A stretch of 64,000 nucleotides of DNA from Spirochaetia bacterium (GCA_963677925.2 CAXXYH010000004.1:544001-608000), one strand, 5' to 3'; shown: positions 11,101 through 21,713, numbered from the stretch's first letter. Numbers and translations: made by a program. Notes: generated by a model not told the origin, from the letters alone.

Positions 11101-11137
11101 AAAGGGCCGGCTTCTTTTTAAAAGCCGGCCCTGATTT
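11092..11137 (+). repeat. 46-bp direct repeat, copy 1 (argP 3' end plus terminator hairpin)
   Basis: ACCAAATAAAAAGGGCCGGCTTCTTTTTAAAAGCCGGCCCTGATTT; 45/46 identical to 13896-13941. Confidence 0.95.
11101..11137. terminator. Bidirectional intrinsic terminator
   Basis: AGGGCCGGCTT...AAGCCGGCCCT stem between convergent genes, with an A-tract on the left. Confidence 0.8.
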
Positions 11138-11802
11138 TAATCCTTTACGCAGCGTACACTGAATCCGACAAGTTTCGGGAATTCTTCCCTGTTTGCTGTG
11201 GTGTAATAATCATGTACAGAATAACCGAAGGGATAATCCAACCCCAATGTATCACTCCACCAAACTGCACGAGAGTCTCCGTCGCTGAAACCTGAACCTC
11301 GTGATCCTCCCGGAACAGCTTTAAATCCTTTCGTATCTTCTCCTTCTCTTCCAGATGCCCACCTTGTCTCGGATTTTAAACAGGTCCATACGTACTCTGT
11401 CCCCTCAATGAGTTCCATATATTCAATTAAGGCTGTCCATTCTGCATCAGTTGCAACATGCCATCCTGTGGGTGCCAGCTTATCCGTTTCTACGGTATAC
11501 CAGTTGTATAATGCTCCTGATATGTCTTTATTGGAAATATCATTTTCATACCAGCAGTATGCTGCTGTCGAAGCTTCATCCCATTCTGTACTGTCCGTTA
11601 TATTCGCTATATTGGTGCCGTCATTAAGTTTGGTGGTCTTCAGGTTTTCAGCCATCCATTCAACACCGTTAATTAAAACTGTATCATAGTTATTTCCATC
11701 TTCATCTACGACCCCACTGCCGGGACCATCGGGAATAATGGATTCACCGCATGAAAGTATTATTGCTAAAAATGCTGTTAAAATTAAAAGTTTTTTTACC
11801 AT
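11137..11802 (-). CDS. Lipoprotein with Fibrobacter succinogenes major paralogous (FISUMP) domain
   Basis: Lipobox AIILSC; DEDGNNYDTVLING..WMAENL, GALYNWY, LAPTGWHVATDAEW, GFSVRCVKD. Confidence 0.88.
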   Translation of the reverse strand: MVKKLLILTAFLAIILSCGESIIPDGPGSGVVDEDGNNYDTVLINGVEWMAENLKTTKLNDGTNIANITDSTEWDEASTAAYCWYENDISNKDISGALYNWYTVETDKLAPTGWHVATDAEWTALIEYMELIEGTEYVWTCLKSETRWASGREGEDTKGFKAVPGGSRGSGFSDGDSRAVWWSDTLGLDYPFGYSVHDYYTTANREEFPKLVGFSVRCVKD

Positions 11803-12284
11803 GTTTCTCCCTCAGGTATGTAATAATCGGCTCCAGATGTTCCTCCGGTATAGGACCTTTTAAATGCAATAATTTTCCAGAGCTCATTATCTTTTCTCAT
11901 TATACAATAATATAAGTACACGCTTCCGGAATAGCTGGTTAGTGTTGAGTTATCATTGTATGTTCCCCAGGCAATCATATCTCCGGAACGCCCCGGACCT
12001 CCGTCATCTTCCGTCCATTCATAAACTGTTGGGGTGCCCATATATATCGGCGGAGAAAAAAAATCACGCCATGGATCAATCGATTTCCAGTCTTCATATC
12101 CTGCAAAATCCGGGTGAAGATAGGTATAAAGCTGTTCATATTCGGCCGGCAGCTGAGAATTAATTGCCTCAACAAAATCTTCCATCAAGTTATCAATCAG
12201 GCTTCTATCGGAGGGAGTGTCTTCACAGTTTGTGAATAATGCTAAAAACAATAAAATCAGAAAGGATGATATATTCTTTTTCAA
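11796..12284 (-). CDS. Hypothetical lipoprotein (possibly NTF2-like)
   Basis: Lipobox LALFTNC; GGAG SD before TTG; LHPDF...WKII pattern. Confidence 0.7.
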   Translation of the reverse strand: MKKNISSFLILLFLALFTNCEDTPSDRSLIDNLMEDFVEAINSQLPAEYEQLYTYLHPDFAGYEDWKSIDPWRDFFSPPIYMGTPTVYEWTEDDGGPGRSGDMIAWGTYNDNSTLTSYSGSVYLYYCIMRKDNELWKIIAFKRSYTGGTSGADYYIPEGETW

Positions 12285-12394
12285 CTTTTTCTCCCTAGGC
12301 TGTTTATCCTGATATAGATTTTTTGACTTGTCAATAATTTTTTTGGTGCACTAAATGATATCTTCTGCTATCATTTTTTTGATGGAGGTCTCTA

Positions 12395-12769
12395 ATGAAA
12401 AAAAATGTATTTATAAATATATTTCTGGCGGTTATTCTTTTTTCAATTTTTAGCTGCGGTGATCCTTTTGATACTGATGATATTGTCGGATCCGAATGGG
12501 TTGATGATTCAGGAAGTGATTTTATGATAAGGTTTATCACCGACAGGGCTTTTAATAAATTTGAAGTGGAGGATAATGTCGAAGAATTCTACCACTCGTT
12601 TTATTATGTCTATGACTCGGAAACCCTGACAGGATATTCTGTTACAAATTTGATTGTGGAACCGGACTTCGGTGTAGGTACAAAATTTACAATTTCTGAT
12701 GACGGATTATCTTTAACATTCTGGAATAATTTCGGGGGTAATGAATTCTACACAAGGAAATTATTTTAA
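12395..12769 (+). CDS. Hypothetical lipoprotein
   Basis: GGAGG SD; MKK..LFSIFSC lipobox; IVGSEW lipocalin-like start. Confidence 0.75.
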   Translation: MKKNVFINIFLAVILFSIFSCGDPFDTDDIVGSEWVDDSGSDFMIRFITDRAFNKFEVEDNVEEFYHSFYYVYDSETLTGYSVTNLIVEPDFGVGTKFTISDDGLSLTFWNNFGGNEFYTRKLF

Positions 12770-13335
12770 AATTGTACATCAAACCAGTCATATGGTTTGA
12801 TATTTGTATTAGACATATCCAGATAACTTACCGGTACAAGTTTTTTAGAATATGCTTCCCAGTTTACAGTTCCTATAGAACTGTCTCTTTCCCCGTATGA
12901 ATAGAATGAGACCCAGAAGGGAAATACAGCTTCTTCAGGATTAGAAGAGATTGCAGGAGCATAATATTCACCGTCATCAAGTTCATCATTTATATTAGAA
13001 TCAATCCAGAAAAGAATATCAATATAATTCTGATGATCTTCAAAGGTAGTAAAATCCGGAGCTGAAATATTGAGCGTATATTCAGCATTTTCTTCTACAG
13101 CGACTATGTTTGAAACAATAGACGGAGGACTTGAAAAACTGCCGGGGTCAATATCTTCTCCTGAGCCATTTCGGTAAAAAGCTGCAATTTTTGTATCGCT
13201 GACCGGGTCTGTTCCGGTTTCAATGGTTCCTGAAACTGACCATTCCAGAGTTTCAATATTTAATAATGCTTCAAAGTCACAGGAAGTTATGAAACATAGC
13301 GAAAGAATTCCTAAAAGTAATTTATAAATTTTCAT
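12766..13335 (-). CDS. Hypothetical lipoprotein
   Basis: MKIYKLLLGILSLCFITSC; acidic, with a DSNINDELDDGE possible Ca-binding loop. Confidence 0.72.
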   Translation of the reverse strand: MKIYKLLLGILSLCFITSCDFEALLNIETLEWSVSGTIETGTDPVSDTKIAAFYRNGSGEDIDPGSFSSPPSIVSNIVAVEENAEYTLNISAPDFTTFEDHQNYIDILFWIDSNINDELDDGEYYAPAISSNPEEAVFPFWVSFYSYGERDSSIGTVNWEAYSKKLVPVSYLDMSNTNIKPYDWFDVQF

Positions 13336-13344
13336 AGTATATTC

Positions 13345-13797
13345 CTACATTCCGAAGTAATCAAATATGAGATCATCATAATCATCGTAGCGGAAAGAGC
13401 TGTATTTATGGGTTAAAGTGTATTCATTTGATCCTGTTAAATTTACACTGCCTGAGACATAGTTCCAATCCGCCGTTACTGTTGCAGTTTCGTAATCCTC
13501 AAATGTCACTACTAAACTGATACCATCTAAATCGTAGGTGTATGGCTGGGATATATCTGTCGAATCAGATATTTCAATAGTGCAGGGAGGAATTTCAGTT
13601 ACAGTCGTACCTCCTGAACTGGCTTCTACCATAAATCTCACTACTAAATCACCATCCATGGGTTTTCTTGAAATGACCGCAGTTTCTAAGGGTTCAGTAT
13701 CATCTGTAGACCAAAGTCCTGTAAAAGATGTGAACTCGTTTGTTACAGGATCGCAGGCGTATAGGATAACAACGATTATGAATATAAGTTTTTTCAT
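13345..13797 (-). CDS. Hypothetical lipoprotein
   Basis: MKKLIFIIVVILYAC lipobox; acidic, beta-rich; FTGLW. Confidence 0.72.
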   Translation of the reverse strand: MKKLIFIIVVILYACDPVTNEFTSFTGLWSTDDTEPLETAVISRKPMDGDLVVRFMVEASSGGTTVTEIPPCTIEISDSTDISQPYTYDLDGISLVVTFEDYETATVTADWNYVSGSVNLTGSNEYTLTHKYSSFRYDDYDDLIFDYFGM

Positions 13798-13895
13798 AAG
13801 GCTATAATATTTTATTAATATCTGTTTGTCAAAAAATAATTTTAAAAGCGGTTATTAGAGATTTTCCGGAAATGAAAAAAGCTGCGGCCTCGTTA

Positions 13896-13941
13896 ACCAA
13901 ATAAAAAGGGCCGGCTTCTTTTTAAAAGCCGGTCCTGATTT
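13896..13941 (+). repeat. 46-bp direct repeat, copy 2 (terminator of the amino-acid ABC operon)
   Basis: ACCAAATAAAAAGGGCCGGCTTCTTTTTAAAAGCCGGTCCTGATTT; preceded by GCTGCGGCCTCGTTA, a degenerate argP tail. Confidence 0.95.
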
Positions 13942-13943
13942 AC

Positions 13944-14732
13944 TTACAGTACATTCCGTAGAAAGTTTTTAGTTTTTTCGTGTTTGGGATTTTCGAACAG
14001 CTTGCTGGGTTCTCCCTCTTCCAGAATCATTCCGTCTGCCATGAGGACAACTCTGTCTCCAACCTCGCGGGCAAACCCCATTTCATGCGTAACGCATATC
14101 ATGGTCATTCCCTGTTTTGCAAGATCCTTCATTACCGCAAGAACTTCACCGACAAGCTCCGGATCAAGCGCACTTGTGGGCTCGTCGAAAAGCATGATTT
14201 CAGGTTCCATCGCAAGTGCTCTGGCAATGGCAACTCTCTGCTGCTGACCACCGGAAAGCTTACTTGGATAAACATCACGCTTATCTGACAGTCCGACTCT
14301 TTCGATCAGTTTCTCGGCTGAAGCGATGGCCTCGGCTTTTGATTTTTTACGAATCAGGATAGGTGCAAGCGTCAGGTTCTCAAGAACTGTCTTATGGGGA
14401 AACAGATTAAACCGCTGGTATACCATTCCCATTTCAAGAAGCATTGCCTTCTGCTGGTCCGCCGGAACTCTGTGAACCGTTTTGTTATGATGCCGGTGAA
14501 GAAACAGTTTATCTTCTACAAAAATCTTTCCGCTTGTAATTTCTTCAAGATGTATCAAAGAGCGGAGGTAGGTGGATTTTCCTGCACCTGAGGGTCCGAT
14601 TATGCAGATAACCTCTCCCTTTTTAACCGCCAGGTCAACGTCCTTAAGAACTTCCAGAGGCCCGAAAGATTTGCAGAGCTTCTCTGTTCTGATTAGATAT
14701 TCATATTCATGTGACTGATTTTCTTTATTCAT
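13944..14732 (-). CDS. Polar amino-acid ABC transporter ATP-binding protein (GlnQ family)
   Basis: [37 protein letters not shown]. Confidence 0.95.
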   Translation of the reverse strand: MNKENQSHEYEYLIRTEKLCKSFGPLEVLKDVDLAVKKGEVICIIGPSGAGKSTYLRSLIHLEEITSGKIFVEDKLFLHRHHNKTVHRVPADQQKAMLLEMGMVYQRFNLFPHKTVLENLTLAPILIRKKSKAEAIASAEKLIERVGLSDKRDVYPSKLSGGQQQRVAIARALAMEPEIMLFDEPTSALDPELVGEVLAVMKDLAKQGMTMICVTHEMGFAREVGDRVVLMADGMILEEGEPSKLFENPKHEKTKNFLRNVL

Positions 14733-15768
14733 AAACAGCTAACCTCGTTTCCATCTTTCCGAATATCCAGGTAAATATTGCGGTTACGATCAGGTAGATT
14801 ACAAGTGCCGGAAGGAATACAAGATAGCTTCCTTCACTGGTCATGATAGTTTTGGATATTGTTGTGATGTCCATCAGTGAGATCGCAAAAACAAGCGATA
14901 CGTCTTTGATCATCATGATAAACTCATTACACAGCGGCGGAATCATTCTGCGTGTTGCCTGCGGAATGATAATATGGGTCATTGTCTGAGCATAACCAAG
15001 TCCTAGAGTCTTAGATGCTTCATGCTGTCCCTTGTCAATTGACTGGATTGCTGCCCTGACAATTTCTGCGCAGTATGCTGCAGAGTTGAGTGAAAACGCA
15101 ATAAGAGCTGCTATAAAAGCGCCCTTATACACGGCTTCAGGATCCGCGGTATCGAATAATCCTCTCCAGGAGAAGCCGAAAATTCCCGGTATTGAAAAAT
15201 AGACAACAAAAAGCTGTATAAGAAGCGGGGTTCCTCTAAAGAAGAAAATATAGGCGCTGCTGATTTTACTGATTATTTTATTGGCTGATATTTTTCCAAG
15301 TGCAAGAAAGATGCTGAATATAAATCCTATAACTATTGATAGGGTTGTAAGCATCAGCGTAAGTTTTACACCATGCAGAAGGTTCTGCTTGATGCCAAGC
15401 ATCCGGTATGTATAGTTTACCATCTGGCCTGTAAACTTTCCGAATCCCTCATCTGCATGAAAAATGGTTCCTGCAAATCCAACATAAGATTCCTGGAATG
15501 CCTTTGCTCCGGAAGTTGAAAAAGAAAGGTAGCTTATAATATGAAAATCATTGTATGTAATTGTAAGACGCTTTCTGGAACTGTCTTTTTCATCTTCGAT
15601 CATCTGCTTTACCTGCGGTGAAGCATGATCCATCATTTCTGACTCAGAGACGTTAATAATCGAAAGAACAATAAACAAAATAACAGCAGCTATAACGACT
15701 ATAGCTGCTGTTTTAACAGATTGTTCCCATTCTCTAAAGTTAATTAGTTTTTTTAGGAAATCCTTCAT
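14725..15768 (-). CDS. Polar amino-acid ABC transporter permease (HisM/GlnP family) with N-terminal extension
   Basis: [32 protein letters not shown]. Confidence 0.92.
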   Translation of the reverse strand: MKDFLKKLINFREWEQSVKTAAIVVIAAVILFIVLSIINVSESEMMDHASPQVKQMIEDEKDSSRKRLTITYNDFHIISYLSFSTSGAKAFQESYVGFAGTIFHADEGFGKFTGQMVNYTYRMLGIKQNLLHGVKLTLMLTTLSIVIGFIFSIFLALGKISANKIISKISSAYIFFFRGTPLLIQLFVVYFSIPGIFGFSWRGLFDTADPEAVYKGAFIAALIAFSLNSAAYCAEIVRAAIQSIDKGQHEASKTLGLGYAQTMTHIIIPQATRRMIPPLCNEFIMMIKDVSLVFAISLMDITTISKTIMTSEGSYLVFLPALVIYLIVTAIFTWIFGKMETRLAVYE

Positions 15769-15779
15769 TTATACTTTTA

Positions 15780-16571
15780 TCAGCCGCCGAACCAGTATTC
15801 AGTGCTTTCCTGGAAGAAGCCTTCAGCTTTAAGTTCATCAATGGCTTTATTGATTGCTGCCTGAAGTTCTGCATTTCCTTTCTTGATTGCAACGCCGAAC
15901 TGCTCAGCTTCACTCTTATCAAGGTAGGCAATTTTGTATTTATCAGAATATTTACCAACCTGACCGTCAGCAACGGTAGAGTCTACAACTACAGCATCAA
16001 TTTCTTTGTTGTCGAGCTGAGTAAAGCAGGTGATAACTTTTTCATTCTGAGCAACTGTACAGTTCAGTGAACCTGTAGAGATATAATCAGAAATGAGAAT
16101 ATCTGATGTTGTTTCTTTCTGAACAGCAAGTGCGAGTCCATCGAGGTCAAGGAAGCTTTCTACTTTAAGATCAGAATCAGCACGAACAACTACAGCCTGG
16201 TAATTGTCGATATAGGGGTTTGAGAAATCCATTGTTTCTTTTCTTTCTTCTGTGATGGTTACTGCAGAAATTACAACATCATAATTAACACCGATACCCT
16301 GAAAGATACCATCCCATGCTGTGTTGATGAAAACAATTTCAAGACCGAGTTTTTCACCGAGTGCGTTTGCGAAGTCAATATCGTAACCGATAGGTGTTGT
16401 TCCGTCCTGTGCGAAGTCCTCGAAAGGCGGGTAACCGATTTCAACACCGATTGTAAGTGCACCATTTTTCATAAGGTTAAGATCGGATTCTGCAGCTTCC
16501 TGGGTACCTCCGGCGAATACTGCACTAAGGGCTGCAATACAGAAAAGTACTGCTAAAATGCTCTTTTTCAT
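15780..16571 (-). CDS. Polar amino-acid ABC substrate-binding protein (SBP family 3)
   Basis: Likely start MKKSIL at 16571 (GGAG SD); VFAGGTQE signal; YPPFE, GYDIDF, ITEERKETMDFSNPY. Confidence 0.92.
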   Translation of the reverse strand: MKKSILAVLFCIAALSAVFAGGTQEAAESDLNLMKNGALTIGVEIGYPPFEDFAQDGTTPIGYDIDFANALGEKLGLEIVFINTAWDGIFQGIGVNYDVVISAVTITEERKETMDFSNPYIDNYQAVVVRADSDLKVESFLDLDGLALAVQKETTSDILISDYISTGSLNCTVAQNEKVITCFTQLDNKEIDAVVVDSTVADGQVGKYSDKYKIAYLDKSEAEQFGVAIKKGNAELQAAINKAIDELKAEGFFQESTEYWFGG

Positions 16572-16672
16572 TAAATTACTCCTGTAAAAAATCATTTTTT
16601 AGGAAGTAAGTATATCATAAAATCCTTTATCTGCACCAGAATGCTTTTTCAAAATTATGACAGGATAATAAC

Positions 16673-17323
16673 TTATACAGAAATATATTCACTGAATACC
16701 TTTATTTCTTCACACAGTTTTCCGAAATCTGAGGTTTCTTCATCCCATTTAATATTTAAGTTTTCCCTGAAGGAATAATCAAAGAAAATGGCAGCCAGCA
16801 TTCTACCTGTTGTTTCACAATCTATGTTAGGTCTGATTTTTCCGGCATCTTTTAGTGATGAGAGCAGATTTGAGAAAAAAGATGATGGTGAATCAAGCAG
16901 GAATGTTCTGACACTGTCTCTGGCCGTTTCAAATCTGAATTGATGTGAGACCAGGATCCGCCATGTGTAATGGGTTTTCTCATTCGCTCTGTTAAAGAAG
17001 GTCTTTGCCCCTTCAATCAAAAAATCAGAAAGTATAAAATTCTCCATATTTATAAAGTATTCAGATGGGGGAACAGTGAATCCGGGCTGTATCAGATCAT
17101 TATTCATTTTATCAAAAATTGCATTCAACAGCTCTTCTTTGCTTTTATAATGGTTATATAGGGATGCTTCATTTAAACCAAGTGATTTTGTGATATTCCG
17201 GATAGAAACTGCATCATAACTGTATTTGGAGAAAAGTTTCATTGCCTCATCTAAAATCTTTTGTTTTGTTGGAATTGCTCCGATTTCTGCTTTTTTTGGT
17301 CTGGCCATAACTATTCTTACCAT
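16673..17323 (-). CDS. TetR/AcrR-family regulator
   Basis: TKQKILDEAMKLF..YSYDAVSIRNI...SLYNHYKSKEELL; true start probably MARPKK. Confidence 0.9.
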   Translation of the reverse strand: MVRIVMARPKKAEIGAIPTKQKILDEAMKLFSKYSYDAVSIRNITKSLGLNEASLYNHYKSKEELLNAIFDKMNNDLIQPGFTVPPSEYFINMENFILSDFLIEGAKTFFNRANEKTHYTWRILVSHQFRFETARDSVRTFLLDSPSSFFSNLLSSLKDAGKIRPNIDCETTGRMLAAIFFDYSFRENLNIKWDEETSDFGKLCEEIKVFSEYISV

Positions 17324-17429
17324 AAATTTCAGAAAAAACCAACAATTGTTTATAAAAAAGGAAAATTCTGCTTGCGTTAAACAAACAAACGTTGGTATAT
17401 TAAATAAAAAGAAAGCGGAGGACTATTAG

Positions 17430-18401
17430 ATGAGCAGGATTGGAAAAATAATCACTATGGCAGGGGGAGTAATAATACTTATGGGATGTGCTAGTAATTC
17501 CGTTAAACCGGAGACAGCAGGACTGTACAAGTCAAAGGCTTCAAAGGAAATTGCCTACAGCAGCTATGACAGGGCAATGAAATTATGGGGTATTGAGTAT
17601 TCCGAAGAATGGGTTTCTACTGAGCATGGTAAAACACATGTAATTATATCCGGACCGGAGAACGGTAGACCCGTATTTCTTATTCCGGGGCTATGGGGAG
17701 ATGCTTCCATGTGGTATCCAAATGCAGGAGCCCTGTCAGAGAAATTCAGGGTATACACTTTAGATATGATAAATTATGCCGGAAAGAGTGAACCGTCAGA
17801 CAGGAAGATTTCAAATATCAAAGATTATTGTACCTGGTATGCCGGTCTGCTTCAGCATTTTAATTATGAAGAAGCATCAATTGTCGGTGTTTCATACAGC
17901 AGCTGGCTGGCTCTTGCAATGGCAAGAGAAATTCCGGATTCAATAACAGCACTAGCCTTATTGGATCCCGCTTCAACCTTCATAAAAATGGATGGCGGAA
18001 TTGCCTGGAAAGGTTTTTGGGCTTTTGGATTTTTTCCGAACAGGGATAAATACAGAGATTTCTTCAGATGGATTGGAGGCGGCTATTCTGACAGGAACTC
18101 AAGTGTCTGGGAAGAGCATATGTTTGATATAGTTGAACATGGTGCTGTCGGAATGTTTGATATTCCCCAGCCTGAAATATATAAATCAGAAGATCTTGAA
18201 ATGATTGATATGCCTGTCCTTCTTATGGTGGGAGGAAAACCCATTTTATATAAAGAACCTGCGAAATTTTTAAAAGCGGCTAAGGAGGCTCTGCCTCTTG
18301 CTGAGGTGGATCTGATAGAAAATACCGGGCATGGACTTAACATGGAGAAGGCTGAGTATGTCAATAAACGTATTTATGATTTTATTTCAGAAACCGAATG
18401 A
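17430..18401 (+). CDS. Alpha/beta hydrolase, probable lipoprotein esterase
   Basis: IILMGC lipobox; GVSYS nucleophile elbow; TGHGLN catalytic His; divergent from TetR. Confidence 0.85.
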   Translation: MSRIGKIITMAGGVIILMGCASNSVKPETAGLYKSKASKEIAYSSYDRAMKLWGIEYSEEWVSTEHGKTHVIISGPENGRPVFLIPGLWGDASMWYPNAGALSEKFRVYTLDMINYAGKSEPSDRKISNIKDYCTWYAGLLQHFNYEEASIVGVSYSSWLALAMAREIPDSITALALLDPASTFIKMDGGIAWKGFWAFGFFPNRDKYRDFFRWIGGGYSDRNSSVWEEHMFDIVEHGAVGMFDIPQPEIYKSEDLEMIDMPVLLMVGGKPILYKEPAKFLKAAKEALPLAEVDLIENTGHGLNMEKAEYVNKRIYDFISETE

Positions 18402-18416
18402 AGGAGGGGATACGGG

Positions 18417-18944
18417 ATGAAGACATTAATTATCAGCTATTCATATACCGGAAATAATAAAGTTCTGGCTGAAGAGACTGCAAATATATTAAATGCGGAT
18501 CTATTTATATTAGAAGAAAATAAGCAGAGAACAATTAAGAAAATTGTACTTGATATGATTCTGCACCGGTATCCTGGAATTAAAAAATGTCCTGACAAAA
18601 TCTATGAATATGATTTAGTGATTTTTTTCAGTCCTGTATGGATGTTTGGAATATCATCGCCGGTACGGACATGCATGAAAGAAATACGAAGGCAAATAAA
18701 ACGATACGCTTTTGTTTCTTTAAGCGGGGGTGCTCTAGGACCGAATACAGGTATTTCCAGAGAACTTGTTAGAAGACTTGGGAAAAACCAGGCTTTTCTT
18801 CTTGATTTTAATATTTCAAACTTCCTGGCAGACTTGGAGGCTCAGGATGTTAAAACAACTTCAAGTGTACTTCTAAACAAAAAATCCAATGAACTGGATA
18901 GCCTGACATCTATCATTTCACAGACAGTAAAATCTTTAAATTAA
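18417..18944 (+). CDS. Flavodoxin-like protein
   Basis: SYSYTGNN, YDLVIFFSPVW. Confidence 0.75.
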   Translation: MKTLIISYSYTGNNKVLAEETANILNADLFILEENKQRTIKKIVLDMILHRYPGIKKCPDKIYEYDLVIFFSPVWMFGISSPVRTCMKEIRRQIKRYAFVSLSGGALGPNTGISRELVRRLGKNQAFLLDFNISNFLADLEAQDVKTTSSVLLNKKSNELDSLTSIISQTVKSLN

Positions 18945-18951
18945 TTATCTA

Positions 18952-18982
18952 ACCCCCTTATTTCTATACTGATTAAGGGGGT
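18952..18982 (+). terminator. Hairpin, putative terminator
   Basis: ACCCCCTTA...TAAGGGGGT stem just downstream of the flavodoxin gene. Confidence 0.55.
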
Positions 18983-19078
18983 AATTTCCTGTCCATAATT
19001 TCTTAAAAACCATCTCCGGACTTGAAAACTGCTTCTCAGCTGATATTATGAAAAGAAAGACAGTCAAGGTGGATAAAG

Positions 19079-20452
19079 ATGGAAGAAATTCGTGAATATC
19101 TTAATGTCAGCAAAGAAAAAATCTTAGAGGAATATTTCAGATTGCTTAAGATTCCCTCGGTAAGTCCGGGGGGCTTGTTTTCTGATGAATGCCGCGCGGC
19201 CGCGGAACTTCTGTGCGGATACCTGAAGGATGCCGGTGCGGAGAAGTCGGAATTAATAGAAACCGCCGCGAATCCGCTTGTTTTCGGAGAGAAGATACTT
19301 TCTGCTGATTTACCTACTGTCCTTGTTTACGGTCATTATGATGTTATGCCTGCGTCAGCAGATGAAGGATGGCAATCGGATCCATTCTCACCTCAGCTGA
19401 AGGGTGGGGACGTCTTTGCCAGAGGAGCACAGGATAACAAGGGGCAGCTTTTTATTCTGCTTAAGGCTTTTGAGTATCTTGAAACTTTTAATCAGCTGCC
19501 CTGCAACATTAAGTTCATATTTGAAGGAAATGAAGAAACCGGATCATTGCCTTTTCAGAAGGTTCTGGAAACTGAGAAGCTTAAGGAAAAACTAAAGGCG
19601 GATATTGTACTGATCAGTGATACAGATCTGGTTGATTCCGAGACCCCTTCAGTTGTAACCGGCTTAAGAGGGGCTGCTATATGGGATATAGATGTGACTG
19701 GACCTTCCTCGGATCTTCATTCCGGGATATACGGAGGGGCTGTTGTTAATCCGTTAAATGAGCTTGTACGCGTGCTGGGTCTGCTTCATGACGAAAAGGG
19801 ACGTGTGACTCTGCCCGGATTCTATGATGATGTAAAAGAATACAGCGGGAAAGAACGCGCGGAATTTGAACTTCAGCCTTTTAATGAGAATGAAATCCTG
19901 AAATTTGCAGGCGTTGAAATGCTGGACGGCGAAACCGGTTTTTCTCCGCTTGAAAGAACAACTGTCCGTCCGACTCTTGAGTTTACAGGAGTTTCAGGAG
20001 GATACACAGGCGATGGGTTTAAGGCTATTATTCCTGCAAGTACTCATGCAAAGATTTTTGCAAGGCTGGTTCCGAATCAGAACCCTGAAATGATAATCGA
20101 TATGCTTGAACCCTATCTTAAATCTAAAATTAATCCTGCTGTCAGGCTTACGGTTACGGCCGGTCCCAGAGTGAGTGCCTTTTCAAGTGATACAGAGAAT
20201 AAATTTTACCGTGCCTATGCTAAAGCCTGTATAAAGACTTTTGGAAAAAGTCCTGTAAAGATTAGAATGGGCGGAAGTATCGGAATCGTTCCTGCTTTTA
20301 AAGAATATCTTGGAATAGAATCGCTATTAATCGGTTTCGGTCTTGGAAGCGATAATATACACGGTCCAAATGAACATTTCAGTTTAGAACGAATTTGGAA
20401 GGGGATAGAGACAGTGATTATATTTTTTAAAAGCATAGAGAAAGGTAAATAG
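19079..20452 (+). CDS. M20-family dipeptidase
   Basis: YGHYDV, ARGAQDNKGQ, EGNEE, DLHSG, HGPNE. Confidence 0.92.
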   Translation: MEEIREYLNVSKEKILEEYFRLLKIPSVSPGGLFSDECRAAAELLCGYLKDAGAEKSELIETAANPLVFGEKILSADLPTVLVYGHYDVMPASADEGWQSDPFSPQLKGGDVFARGAQDNKGQLFILLKAFEYLETFNQLPCNIKFIFEGNEETGSLPFQKVLETEKLKEKLKADIVLISDTDLVDSETPSVVTGLRGAAIWDIDVTGPSSDLHSGIYGGAVVNPLNELVRVLGLLHDEKGRVTLPGFYDDVKEYSGKERAEFELQPFNENEILKFAGVEMLDGETGFSPLERTTVRPTLEFTGVSGGYTGDGFKAIIPASTHAKIFARLVPNQNPEMIIDMLEPYLKSKINPAVRLTVTAGPRVSAFSSDTENKFYRAYAKACIKTFGKSPVKIRMGGSIGIVPAFKEYLGIESLLIGFGLGSDNIHGPNEHFSLERIWKGIETVIIFFKSIEKGK

Positions 20453-20453
20453 T

Positions 20454-20684
20454 TTATAATTCTGTATCTGTAACCAGCTCCGCCTCATAACCTATTTTAT
20501 TTACAAGACCTTTAAGTTCGCTTTCAATATATGAGCAGTCATCTTCGTAGGTCAGGTTTATACTGTGTGAGGCTATGTCAACTTCAATTTCCTTTACGCC
20601 TTTAATGTGTCTGCCGGCGTGTTCAATAGCTCTTTTACAGCTTACACATCCGGCATGTCCAAGATCAAAAACTGCTTTTCGCAT
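20454..20684 (-). CDS. Heavy-metal-associated (HMA) domain protein
   Basis: GHAGCVSC, GVKEIEVD, IGYEA. Confidence 0.82.
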   Translation of the reverse strand: MRKAVFDLGHAGCVSCKRAIEHAGRHIKGVKEIEVDIASHSINLTYEDDCSYIESELKGLVNKIGYEAELVTDTEL

Positions 20685-20696
20685 TGTTAAATACCT

Positions 20697-21713
20697 TTAG
20701 AAAATTTTATCCGCCAGTGATTTGCTTTTCTGCATCAGCATCTTCACATAACCGCTTCGTTTGTATGCCCAGTGTTTTTCCGCTCCCAGATTTTCGCGGG
20801 CCATTCGTCCTTTAAAATCCTCTATTGATGAGTAAGACTTGCTGTCCATCCATTTTTCAATACCTGAAAGCATCTCCCCGATATGATTTATTCCGTTTTT
20901 ATAGAGGCTGGTGACAATCTGAACAGCACCTGCTCCTGCCAGCAGCATCCTGATAACATCGTCATAATCCATTACTCCGGTACTTGAGCAGATATCTCCT
21001 TTAAGATTGGCTGAAAGAAGCCCTGTATATCTGAGCGGGAGGCGGTTGTCATCTTTAGTGCTGAAATTAAAGGGGAAGGTAAACTCCTCGTTTTCTATAT
21101 TGATATTAGACTGGAAAAACCGGTTGAATAACACAAATCCGTTAATACCCATGTTATCAAGTTCTTTGATGAATTTTGCCGTGTTTGTGTAATAAGGGCT
21201 TAATTTTACAGCTATTGGAAGATCCACTGCCTTTCGTATTTTTTTAAGTATCTCCAGCTGCTGCAGTTCAATATCAGTGGCAGATGTCAGCTCATAGGAT
21301 GAGGAGTTGTAAAAATTAAGCTCCAGGCCGTCAACTCCGGTGTTTTCAATCATGCGCGAGTACTCAAGCCAAATTTCACTGTTAACTGCATTGAGGCTTG
21401 CAATTACGGGTATCCCGATTTCCTGTTTTGTTTTTTTTACCCAGTACAGGTGGTATTCAGGACCAATGTCTTTGATGTCAGGAAAGGTTGTTACCATTTC
21501 TGCATGGATATCGTCGTATTTATGAAGCTCCTTGTTCTGCTCCATTGCCTCAAGTGCTATCTCTTCTTCAAAAAGTGATTTGCATACTATTGCACCGGCG
21601 CCTGCGGCTTCAATTCTTTTTATAGTTTCAAGATTTGAAGTAAGTCCTGATGCTCCGGCAATTATGGGGTTTTTCAGTTCTATATTCATGTAGGAGGTTT
21701 TTAAATCGGCCAT
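20697..21713 (-). CDS. Dihydroorotate dehydrogenase-like flavoprotein
   Basis: Start MADLKT at 21713 (AGGAG SD); LKNPIIAGAS, KSLFEE, VKLSPY, VLFNRF. Confidence 0.88.
   Translation of the reverse strand: MADLKTSYMNIELKNPIIAGASGLTSNLETIKRIEAAGAGAIVCKSLFEEEIALEAMEQNKELHKYDDIHAEMVTTFPDIKDIGPEYHLYWVKKTKQEIGIPVIASLNAVNSEIWLEYSRMIENTGVDGLELNFYNSSSYELTSATDIELQQLEILKKIRKAVDLPIAVKLSPYYTNTAKFIKELDNMGINGFVLFNRFFQSNINIENEEFTFPFNFSTKDDNRLPLRYTGLLSANLKGDICSSTGVMDYDDVIRMLLAGAGAVQIVTSLYKNGINHIGEMLSGIEKWMDSKSYSSIEDFKGRMARENLGAEKHWAYKRSGYVKMLMQKSKSLADKIF

Noticed and set aside
11137-13797. Integron-like attC array between the lipoprotein genes
   Set aside because: The genes overlap or are 9 nt apart and have mixed orientation; no RYYYAAC...GTTRRRY elements were recognised between them.
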